Positions 11,701 to 16,703 of a stretch of 64,000 nucleotides of DNA are shown here, piece after piece; the stretch's first letter is position 1, and each line of letters opens with the position of its first letter. Origin of the DNA: an uncultured Planctomycetia bacterium (GTDB taxonomy: Bacteria; Planctomycetota; MHYJ01; WSZJ01); the NCBI GenBank assembly GCA_963706735.1, contig CAVPNQ010000090.1:1217-65216 (forward strand). The letters run 5' to 3'. The notes beneath the pieces were generated by a model. That model was given only the letters and a program-made list of their open reading frames with translations. It made no database searches and was not told the DNA's origin. The translations under genes were made by a program, and so were the position numbers.

Positions 11701-12864
11701 CGGTCGGCCTCGGGCGCCGTCTCCACCTACACGCCCTTCGGCGGCACCTCCGGTGTCACCGCTGACTTCATCGTCGCAGCAGGCGCCGGCGGCATCGCCC
11801 CCGGCGTTCCCACCGGTATCACCCAGCGTCGCCTCGACGGAACCGTCATCGCTTCCGGCGGCACGACCTCCGGCGACACCGTCGTGTTCGAAGGGACCGT
11901 CTCCGGTCCTCCGGCGTCGTTCCTGAGACTCGAAGTGGAGTTCGCGCTGTTCGGGACCGGCCTGGCCGGCGTTCCTGACATCGAGAGCCCCCTCGTCCCG
12001 ACGGGCAGCACGGTCCAGATCGCCGTGTCGCTCGGAGACGGGTCGTACGAGTGGCAGGCCCGGGCGCGCACGTCGACGGGAGCCGTCTCCGCCTTCTCCC
12101 CGGCGTTCGGCACGTCCGGTGTCACGGCCGACTTCGTCGTCGCGGCAGGCTCCGGTGGCGTTCCGCCGGCTCCGCCCAGCGGCATCGGCCAGTTCCGCAT
12201 CGACGGAGTCTCCGCAATCCCGACGGGCGGGATCGTGACAGACGACAAGCTCATCTTCCGCGGCACCGTGGCGGGCCTCATCACCAACCTGTTCCGCTTC
12301 CAGGTTGAATACGTCGACGCCGCCGGCGCCTTCACCGGCAACCCGACGGTCGAAAGCCCGCTCGTCCCCGGCTCTTCGCTCGTCTCCATCTCGGTTCCGA
12401 TCGGTGACGGAAGCTACATGTGGCGCGCACGGTCGCAGTCGTCCACCGGCGCTTCGTCCGGCTGGGTTGACTTCGCCCTCGCGGCCGGCACCGACTTCAC
12501 GATCGCTTCGTCCGGTCTCACCCCGCCTCCGCCCCTCGGTCTCGCCCAGGAAACGCTGTCGGGTGCGCCGATCCCGGGTGGCGGCACGACGTTCTCCGAT
12601 ACGGTCGTTTTCCGTGGCACGGTCACCAGCTCGCCCCCGGGCGGCCTGGTCAGCCTCCAGGTCGAGTTCTCCCCGCCGTCGTCGCTGGGCGGCATCCCGG
12701 ACGTCGCTTCGCCCCTCGTCCCCTCCGGCACCTCGGTGACCATCGCGGTCCCCCTTGGTGACGGCGTCTACGAATGGCAGGCCCGCACGGTCAGCCCCAC
12801 CGGCCTCGCTTCCGCGTTCGTGCCCTTCGGCGGAACGACCGGCGTCACCGACTTCATCGTCTGA
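2704..12864 (+). CDS. Giant secreted repeat protein, part 1 (3,386 codons up to the in-frame TGA)
   Basis: SD AGGAGA, then ATG. Signal peptide MKRSVFARLVAPAALAVAATVAIWAP. N-terminal module ending FPITVDPWIE. Seven blade-like repeats, then 23 repeats each ending in a Y/F-x-W-Q/R-A/V-R...DF(I/V)(V/I) pattern. GC3-rich codons support the + strand. Confidence 0.85.
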   Translation: MKRSVFARLVAPAALAVAATVAIWAPGSPARQESSSRDLAWLDRAIETRGAAPVPPAPPVAAPDRAKLPRATGVANGSYDTKIEGDTFVFGSPASAETKFNLRFGPVVVTSSGVVLSGGNTGDYDVANGGFEAKRGEIAERYMYDNSRVEQFFVIPTKPETAGAIEVASPIGMPPATKVEVVGYGWHDARFAKGGLRVLDDAGSEVAAIYGARVVDADGRQLDLAMGYENGAMTMTVPASFVAIATFPITVDPWIELAGSGTVAGIPGDPANLGTPDGVSMTLTGSNMPVVAWCNADATPDVCVSVYNPGTATWLGLAGSTTATGISGGGASFYPTVACPTTLNPAVAWQTGADQIFFRRWNGVSWEDLAGSGAAHIGTLGVPSSTPSLALDASGNPCIAWLGDEGAGSFGIRLRLWNPSTAAWVELGGSDGLAGSGGLSGLITASVGTDKPSVAIDPMGRPVVAWTSAFAGGVQVYLRRYNPTSGGWDALGASATAGTGLSALAAGFDDAQDPQVAFNSLGEPMVAWSSLGTGGAREIFLRSFNPFTAAWDEFAGSGTADGLSGTAGGISETPALKCNASGIPTVVWRETVGALEHIYARRLQSGVWVELAGSGSTTGISGALGDAIETALAIRTDGYPAAAWLGSTTGTKHYREYNGLEVPIAAAQRQTASPFLAIPLTGSSSTSSVRLDATLSVMIPSTARLQFEVQPNATAFTDVPTAETSLLAAGSTGAVVIPLTPGLYKWQYRAQAADPSITSAWTAFDPAPAVDFEVGTAPAAPVFTELTQHELVSGALLVDGGSTLEGGIIFRYTPGVALTEALRLQVDFTADGIPDVESPLSLATPASPISISVPLPLGGYDWTARLQNAAGVSSSFTAFETGGGTDFTVAAAPAPPTPGDPTALGQFRLDGTTVIPAAGTTPEGAVVLRATTPAGAPGELFRVQFEVAPTGGLTGIPDAESVLVPPSTIVSVTLPLTDGAFEWQARSISSFLVTSAPFVLFGGAGLDFNVDSPFVGTPPGSPTTPGQFFLDGTTPIGSGGATLEGAVVFRATLPASTDMVRLQLEVQTEPGVFTDFPDAESALLPGGTTIDITFPVGIGSFKWQVRTVSSALAASAWIPFPGGPVDFTSPATPTVPPTAPLAGGLAQRNLDGTLIASGGTAFSELVLFEAVVPGLVTEVNRIQFDIELIGVGPDGVPDIESPLAAGGSTVSVPVPLGVGSYMWSARAIGPTGLTSAWTTFGGVFGTDFIVTVGSSIPPTGPVTLGQENLDGTTIGSGGTAAGNSVVFEVVVPGAAVELNRIQVDVEAGLLDLQPDGESPLVAGGTTVQIVLPFGVGSYNWAVRTQSSLGLNSAWVALPGGPADFVIATGGSTPAAPSTLAQLNPDASPIAPVGATAAGSIVVFQVIVPGLATDLNRVQVDVELAGTLDFIPDVESALVAGGTTVSISVPFADGTYDWQVRTQSAGGANSAFTAFAAASPDFVISTGVTPPAAPAAPVTLSQLNIDGTAIGLGLTASGGSVAFQVVVPGAPGDLNRIQVSYAAGVPDLTPELESPLVPFPSTVTMTAPLAPGSYNWQARTVSSFNLFSAYTSFSASSPDFIVAVGGLPPTAPVAGLMDQQNPDGSSIVSGATAAGSIVVFEVTVPGAATDLNRIQVDVEVGGLDSIPDVESPIVVGGTVVTISVPLANGLYDWQARTQSSAGAVSAYTAFTGGPSDFEIDTTTPAPPTPPVPATLVQRNLNGTLIGLGSTAVGNTVSFEVVVPGLLPTDQNRIQVSYAIGIPDATPELESPLVLTGSTVTMTVPLGVGAYNWQARTQSSFGVNSAYTAFDASSPDFVIATGGVAPTAPLVAGMDQQNPDATSIGSGATAAGSIVVFAVTVPGAATDLNRVQVDVESAGLDGIPDVESSLVPGGTLVTISVPLANGLYDWQARTQSSTGAVSGYTLFPGGPADFEIDTTVPPPVAPAAPATLAQRNLDGTLIALAGTASVNTVRFEVLVPGAPGDMNRIQVSYAIGAPDTTPEVESPLVLAGSTVTMTVPLAVGAYNWQARTQSSFGLESGYTAFDASTPDFVVVTGGASPAAPLAAGMDQQNPDGSSIGSGATAAGSIVVFEVTVPGAATDLNRVQIDFETTGLDGVPDLEGPLVTGGTTVTIGVSLANGLYDWQARTQSSTGAVSGYTAFPGGPSDFEIDTTVPPPVAPAAPVTLTQRNLDGTVIALAGTATGNTVRFEALVPGAPGDMNRIQVSYAIGAPDTTPEVESPLVLAGSTVTMTVPLGVGSYNWQARTQSSVGLSSGYTAFDASTPDFVVATGGAAPGAPLAAGMDQQNPDTSSIGTGATAAGSIVVFVVTVPGVAADLNRVQVDVESTGLDGIPDVESSLVPGGTVVSISVPLADGLYDWQVRTQSSAGAVSGYTAFPGGPSDFVVDTTTPAPVPPGAPVALSMDQLNLDGTSIAPSGGTALSNLVVFEVAVPGVPADLNRIQVDVEATGALDGVVNFESPLVPGGTTVTIQASFANGSYEWQARTQSSMMANSAFTAFTGGPDDFVVAQGGPVPPVSSGLTQTNSDGSVIGSGATTATGTVVFGGTVSTTPAGGSARLQVEFSTGGFTGVPDVESPLVPDGTAVSISVPMADGSYSWQARTQSSAGAVSAYTAFAGGPPDFVVAVGGGGVPPSVPTGLDQQNLDTTSIPAAGAATGSTVVFEAIVGGTPGSLNRLQVEFNPTGPGFTAVPDVESPLVTAGSVVHIAVPHSPGTFQWQARTQSSMGAVSAFVEFAAGGVTDYIVTSIAGGPAPAFPIALTQLELDGVTGIAPGGTTTEPVVVFRATLPGAAVDLNRLQVEYLPSVAALFTGNPTVESPLVPGGATISIVAPIADGSWQWRARSQSSSTAVSTWVDFGGAAPGVDFIVNTVGVVPPAPAGLAQQNADTSSIAPGGTAVTDVVRFGATVTSTTGEEVSLQVDFAPVGGLSGTPDIESPLVPPGSLVFISIPLGDGSYEWQARTRSASGAVSTYTPFGGTSGVTADFIVAAGAGGIAPGVPTGITQRRLDGTVIASGGTTSGDTVVFEGTVSGPPASFLRLEVEFALFGTGLAGVPDIESPLVPTGSTVQIAVSLGDGSYEWQARARTSTGAVSAFSPAFGTSGVTADFVVAAGSGGVPPAPPSGIGQFRIDGVSAIPTGGIVTDDKLIFRGTVAGLITNLFRFQVEYVDAAGAFTGNPTVESPLVPGSSLVSISVPIGDGSYMWRARSQSSTGASSGWVDFALAAGTDFTIASSGLTPPPPLGLAQETLSGAPIPGGGTTFSDTVVFRGTVTSSPPGGLVSLQVEFSPPSSLGGIPDVASPLVPSGTSVTIAVPLGDGVYEWQARTVSPTGLASAFVPFGGTTGVTDFIV
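3470..4680 (+). repeat. Seven propeller-blade-like coding repeats of about 50-55 aa
   Basis: Recurring pattern P-x-(V/I/A)-A-W ... (I/V)(Y/F)(L/F/A)RR(Y/W/F)N ... W..L(A/G)GS..(A/T)GISG. Examples: PVVAWCNAD..VYNPGTATWLGLAGSTTATGISG; PAVAWQTGADQIFFRRWNGVSWEDLAGSG; PCIAWLGD..LRLWNPSTAAWVELGGS; PVVAWTSA..VYLRRYNPTSGGWDALGAS; PMVAWSS..IFLRSFNPFTAAWDEFAGSG; PTVVWRE..IYARRLQSGVWVELAGSGSTTGISG; PAAAWLGS. Boundaries are approximate. Confidence 0.6.
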
Positions 12865-15000
12865 GCCGGAACCGGCGGCCCTGCGCCGACCATCCCGGCC
12901 GGCCTTGCACAGCGCCGCCTGGATCAGTCCTTGATCCCGTCCGGCGGCACCACGTCGGGGGATACGGTGGTCTTCGAAGCGCTCATCACGGGCGCCCCGG
13001 GATCGCTCCTCCGTCTGCAGGTCGAGTACGCGATTTCCGGTGGTGGCCTGACGGGCATCCCGGACGTCGAGTCGGTGCTGGTCCCGACCGGCAGCACGGT
13101 GCAGATTGCCGTTCCGCTCGGTGACGGGTCGTACGAATGGCAGGCCCGGACGCAGTCGAGTCTCGGCGCCGTGTCGGCTTTCGTGGAGTTCAACGCGGTC
13201 CCCGCGGCGATCGACTTCGTCGTGGCGTCGGGCGTCGGCACGATCCCTCCCGGCCCGCCGACTTCGCTCGAACAGCGCACGCTGGCCGGCGCGCTGATCC
13301 CCTCCGGCGGCACGGTCTCGGACGACGCCATCGTCTTCCGCGGCACCGTCCCGGCAGGCCCGCTCTTCGTCCGCATGCAGGTCGAGTTCGTCGTCCTCCC
13401 GACGGTCTTCAGCGGCGTTCCTTCCGTCGAAAGCCCGCTCGTGACCGGCGGCTCGGTCGTCAGCATCACCGTTCCGATGGCCGACGGAGTCTACGGCTGG
13501 CAGGCACGCGCCCAGACGTCCACGGGCGGTTCCTCCGGTTACGCTGACTTCGGCCTGACCGCAGATGTCGACTTCATCATCGCCGCCAACGGCGTTCCTC
13601 CCCCGGCTCCGACCGGCCTCGCCCAGCTCGACTCGGTGGGCGTCGTCATCCCGGCCGGCGGAACCACCTTCGCCAGCACCGTCCAGTTCCAGGCCGTGGC
13701 CACCGGCGCCCTTCCCGGTGACTCCGTCCGCCTCCAGGTCGACTTCGCGTCTCCCGGCTCGCTCAGCGGTGCAGCCGACGTCGAGTCCCCGTTCGCCCCG
13801 TCCGGCTCCACGGTGACCGTCGCCGTGCCGCTCGGCAACGGTCCTTACGAATGGCAGTGCCGCACCTTCGGTCCTGCCGGCGCCGTCTCGCCGTGGGCCG
13901 AGTTCGTCGCAGGCCTCGCCACTGACTTCATCGTGGACGCCGGAAGCGGCGTCGTCCCGCCGGCTCCGACGGGTCTCGACCAGCTCATGGTCGACGGCAC
14001 GCCGATCGCCTCGGGCGCGACCGTTTACGAGAACACCGTGAAGTTCACCGCCGTGGTCTCGACGCTCGACGCATCGCTCGCAAGGCTCCAGGTCGACTTC
14101 AGCCCGATGAGCGGCGTGATCGACGTCGAAAGCCCGTTCGTCCCGTCCGGCTCGACGGTGGAAATCACCGTCCCGCTTCCGGACGGTCCTTACGAGTGGC
14201 AGGCGCGCACCGCGGCTTCCACCAGCGCTGTGTCGCCCTTCGCGGCGTTCGCCGGCGGCCCGCCCGATTTCATCATCGATGCGGACCAGTCCACCAACCC
14301 GCCCGCCACCCCGACCATCATCGGACAGCAGGATCCCCTCGGCGTCGCCATCCCCGTCGGCGGTGACTGCTACTTCGATTCGATCGTCCTGTTCGCCACG
14401 CTCCCCGGCCTGCCCTCCGACCTCATCAGGCTCCAGCTTGAAATCAAGCCGGTCGCCGATGTCTTCACGGGCACCCCGGACGTCCAGTCCATCCTTCTCC
14501 CCGGCGGCTCGACGGCCTTCGTAACCGTTCCGCTCGGCGACGGCGCCTACCACTGGCAGGCCCGCGCCCAGCGCTCGGTCGGCGTCTCTTCCGCCTGGGT
14601 CGAATTCGGCGCAAACCCGACGGCCTCCACCGACTTCGTGATGGACGGCGATTTCCCCGGTTTCGCACCGCCCGACCCGACCAGCCTCGGCCAGTTCGAT
14701 GCGAACCTCGAAGCGATTCCAGTCGGCGAAGCGGTTGCCCACGGCACGATCCTGTTCCGTGGCATGGTTGACGGCGATCCGGCCAAGATGTTCAAGCTGC
14801 AGGTCGAAGTTCGTCCCACGGACGAGTCGTTCAGCGGGCTGGTGACGCATGAGTCGGCTTTCTACCCGGCCGGCACGACGGCGGAGATCGAAGCGATCCT
14901 CGGCGCCGGGCCGTACCACTGGAGGGCCAGGACGGTCACGAGCTCGAATGTCCTGTCCGGATGGGTCTCCTTCGGCGCGAATGGTGATGGCGAGCCGGAC
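4680..15000 (+). repeat. Array of 29 tandem coding repeats of about 105-118 aa (beta-sandwich/Ig-like by inference)
   Basis: I counted 29 occurrences of the core (Y/F/W)xW(Q/R/S/A/T)x R..(S/T)..G..S.(Y/F/W), for example YDWQARTQSSTGAVSGY. Each is preceded by PD(V/I)ES(P)LV.GG(T/S).V.I.VPL..G and LNR(I/V)QV(D/E/S)(V/F/Y), and followed by DF(I/V)(V/I). Twenty-three lie before and 6 after the TGA. Boundaries are approximate. Confidence 0.85.
6830..10000 (+). repeat. Higher-order A/B super-repeat of about 705 bp (two units), about 4.5 copies
   Basis: ATGGACCAGCAGAA (MDQQNPD) recurs at 7549, 8257, 8962 and 9667, giving spacings of 708, 705 and 705 bp. Type A units read ..DLNRVQVDVES.GLDGIPDVES.LVPGGT.VTISVPLANGLYDWQARTQSS.GAVSGY. 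Type B units read ..NRIQVSYAIGAPDTTPEVESPLVLAGSTVTMTVPL.VGAYNWQARTQSSFG. Copies differ mainly at third codon positions. Confidence 0.8.
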
Positions 15001-15171
15001 TTCGATGTCCGCACGGTCCAGAGCCCGACGCACTCCGGCGGCGACGTCGAACGCAAGTCCAAGCGCCGGGTGTGCGGCCTGACCGGCCTGGAAGTGCCCG
15101 CGCTCTTCGGTCTGTTCCTCCTCGGCCGCAAGGCCGTGCGGAGGGTCCGCCGGAGCCGGTCTTCGAAGTAA
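12865..15171 (+). CDS. In-frame continuation of the giant repeat protein: 6 more repeats plus a C-terminal sorting signal, with no start codon of its own
   Basis: Same frame as 2704. The translation continues the repeat seamlessly after the TGA (AGTGGPAPTIPAGLAQRRLDQSLIPSGGTTSGDTVVFEA...). There is no ATG, SD or signal peptide; the track start at 12931 is a TTG inside a repeat. It ends ...RRVCGLTGLEVPALFGLFLLGRKAVRRVRRSRSSK. Confidence 0.6.
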   Translation, partial: AGTGGPAPTIPAGLAQRRLDQSLIPSGGTTSGDTVVFEALITGAPGSLLRLQVEYAISGGGLTGIPDVESVLVPTGSTVQIAVPLGDGSYEWQARTQSSLGAVSAFVEFNAVPAAIDFVVASGVGTIPPGPPTSLEQRTLAGALIPSGGTVSDDAIVFRGTVPAGPLFVRMQVEFVVLPTVFSGVPSVESPLVTGGSVVSITVPMADGVYGWQARAQTSTGGSSGYADFGLTADVDFIIAANGVPPPAPTGLAQLDSVGVVIPAGGTTFASTVQFQAVATGALPGDSVRLQVDFASPGSLSGAADVESPFAPSGSTVTVAVPLGNGPYEWQCRTFGPAGAVSPWAEFVAGLATDFIVDAGSGVVPPAPTGLDQLMVDGTPIASGATVYENTVKFTAVVSTLDASLARLQVDFSPMSGVIDVESPFVPSGSTVEITVPLPDGPYEWQARTAASTSAVSPFAAFAGGPPDFIIDADQSTNPPATPTIIGQQDPLGVAIPVGGDCYFDSIVLFATLPGLPSDLIRLQLEIKPVADVFTGTPDVQSILLPGGSTAFVTVPLGDGAYHWQARAQRSVGVSSAWVEFGANPTASTDFVMDGDFPGFAPPDPTSLGQFDANLEAIPVGEAVAHGTILFRGMVDGDPAKMFKLQVEVRPTDESFSGLVTHESAFYPAGTTAEIEAILGAGPYHWRARTVTSSNVLSGWVSFGANGDGEPDFDVRTVQSPTHSGGDVERKSKRRVCGLTGLEVPALFGLFLLGRKAVRRVRRSRSSK

Positions 15172-15192
15172 CGTTGAGCAGGGAAGTGACAG

Positions 15193-15228
15193 CCGGGGCG
15201 GCGAGACCATCGCCGCCCCGGTTTTTTT
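15193..15228 (+). terminator. Intrinsic terminator after the giant gene
   Basis: Stem CCGGGGCGGCG (15193-15203) pairs with CGCCGCCCCGG (15211-15221), followed by T7 (15222-15228). Confidence 0.8.
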
Positions 15229-15289
15229 GCGGGTGGCGTATAATCCGCGCCGGCGCGCGACGGTTCACGCGTCCGTCGGAGATTGACCC

Positions 15290-16657
15290 GTGAGTTCCTC
15301 CACCGGCCTCGCGCAGCCCGCGCGGCCGGCTTCCATATCGCCCGAGGTCCGCGACCGCTCCCTCTTCGTCTCGATCGTCGACGGCTGCTTTCACGGCGGC
15401 ATGGTCGGCTTCGGCGAGACGTATGTCGGCGCGTGGGCCGTATTTCTCGGGGCGACCCCGGCGCTCGCCGCGGCGCTCGGTTCATGGCCTCCGCTTCTCG
15501 GGGCGATCTTCGGCGCCTTTGCCGTGGACCTGGTGGACAAGCTCCGGCGCCGCAAGCACATCACGCTAGCCGGCGCGGGCGTCGCGGGACTCGTCTACCC
15601 GCTCCTGATCCTCCTTCCTCTCGCGTTTCCCCGGTACGGCGCCCACGCCGCCGTCGTGTGCTGGCTGATCTACTTCGCCGGCAACAGCGTCGCCGCGCCC
15701 CCCTGGAACAGCTGGATGGGCGACCTGGTCCCCGCCGCCCGCCGGGGAGCGTATTTCGGGAAGCGTTCCGGCCTGATCAACGCGGTCACGTTCGCCTGCC
15801 TGCTCGTCGCGGGGTGGCTTCTCGACCGTTTCCGCGCGGGAGGGCACGAGCGCGACGGGTTCATCCTCTGCCTGGCGATCGCGGGATTGCTCAAGTTCAT
15901 CTCCGTCGGCTTCCTCACGCGCGTCGCCGAACCACCGTACGAGCCCGCCACCAGCGACTACTTCACGTTCCCCCAGTTCCTCAGGCGGTCGGTGAAATCG
16001 AACTTCGCGTGGTTCACGTACGGGATCGCGCTGATGTACTTCTGCGTCCATCTCAGCGGCCCGTTCTTCATTCTCTACCAGCTCAAGACGCTCGGCTGGT
16101 CGTATACGCAGCTCATGATTTCCATCGGCGTCCAGACGATGTCCACCTTCCTCACGCAGGGGTGGTGGGGAAGAGTCGGGGACCGCCGCGGGTCACAGTT
16201 CGTTCTCGTCGCGAGCGGGGTGGGATGCGCGATCCTGCCGCTTCTCTGGTGTTTCACGACCAGTTTCTGGATTCTCCTCGGCGTCCAGGTCATCGCGGGC
16301 TTCTCGTGGGGAGGCTTCAACCTGGCAACCTCCAATTTCCTCTTCGAAGCGGTGACGCCGCCGAAGCGCGCCCGCTGCGCGGCCTATTTCAACGTGATCA
16401 CGTCGATCGGGATCATCGTGGGCGCGACGGTCGGCGCGACGCTGGTGAGCCGGGTGCCGGCAGACCTCTCACTCGGGGGCGTGAAGCTCTGGTCGCCCTT
16501 CCTCGTGGTGTTCGCGCTCTCGGGCCTCCTGAGATTTCCCGTGGTGCTGCTCTGGCTGCGCGGCGTGAAGGACGGCGAAAAGGCGCACGTGGAGCTCAGG
16601 GAGCGGGCGCGGCAGATCGCGGTGGTTGTGAAGGGCGATCCGGGAGACGCGCAGTGA
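15290..16657 (+). CDS. MFS-type transporter
   Basis: GTG start. About 12 hydrophobic segments, with MFS-like loops (DLVDKLRRRKHI; MGDLVPAARRGAYFGKRSG). The overlapping 634-aa ORF at 15283 in another frame is Arg/Pro-rich junk. Confidence 0.8.
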   Translation: MSSSTGLAQPARPASISPEVRDRSLFVSIVDGCFHGGMVGFGETYVGAWAVFLGATPALAAALGSWPPLLGAIFGAFAVDLVDKLRRRKHITLAGAGVAGLVYPLLILLPLAFPRYGAHAAVVCWLIYFAGNSVAAPPWNSWMGDLVPAARRGAYFGKRSGLINAVTFACLLVAGWLLDRFRAGGHERDGFILCLAIAGLLKFISVGFLTRVAEPPYEPATSDYFTFPQFLRRSVKSNFAWFTYGIALMYFCVHLSGPFFILYQLKTLGWSYTQLMISIGVQTMSTFLTQGWWGRVGDRRGSQFVLVASGVGCAILPLLWCFTTSFWILLGVQVIAGFSWGGFNLATSNFLFEAVTPPKRARCAAYFNVITSIGIIVGATVGATLVSRVPADLSLGGVKLWSPFLVVFALSGLLRFPVVLLWLRGVKDGEKAHVELRERARQIAVVVKGDPGDAQ

Positions 16658-16703
16658 AAGCCGACCGCCGGGTGCCCGTGAGCACCCGGCGGATCTCGCT
16701 CAT

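Noticed and set aside
12862-12930. Selenocysteine insertion or genome-wide UGA reassignment as the explanation for the in-frame TGA.
   Set aside because: TGA terminates several well-defined genes in the window, so the code is standard. The position is a variable linker residue in a structural repeat, and I could not see a convincing SECIS-like stem-loop just downstream by eye. This is not fully excluded; see the finding for the decisive checks.
4680-15000. Possibility that the regular tandem repeats are a CRISPR array or satellite DNA.
   Set aside because: The repeats are 315-355 bp, lie in frame within one ORF, are conserved at the protein level with silent-site divergence, and have no repeat-spacer structure.
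7135-15210. Very long antisense ORFs inside the giant gene (9535-15210, 1,891 aa; 7135-9324, 729 aa), plus many shorter ORFs on both strands.
   Set aside because: Their translations are Arg/Gly/Asp/His-rich low-complexity strings with no motifs. They mirror the + strand repeats. The + frame shows the GC3 bias, a signal peptide, an SD and a terminator. Stop-free antisense frames are expected in GC-rich repetitive DNA.
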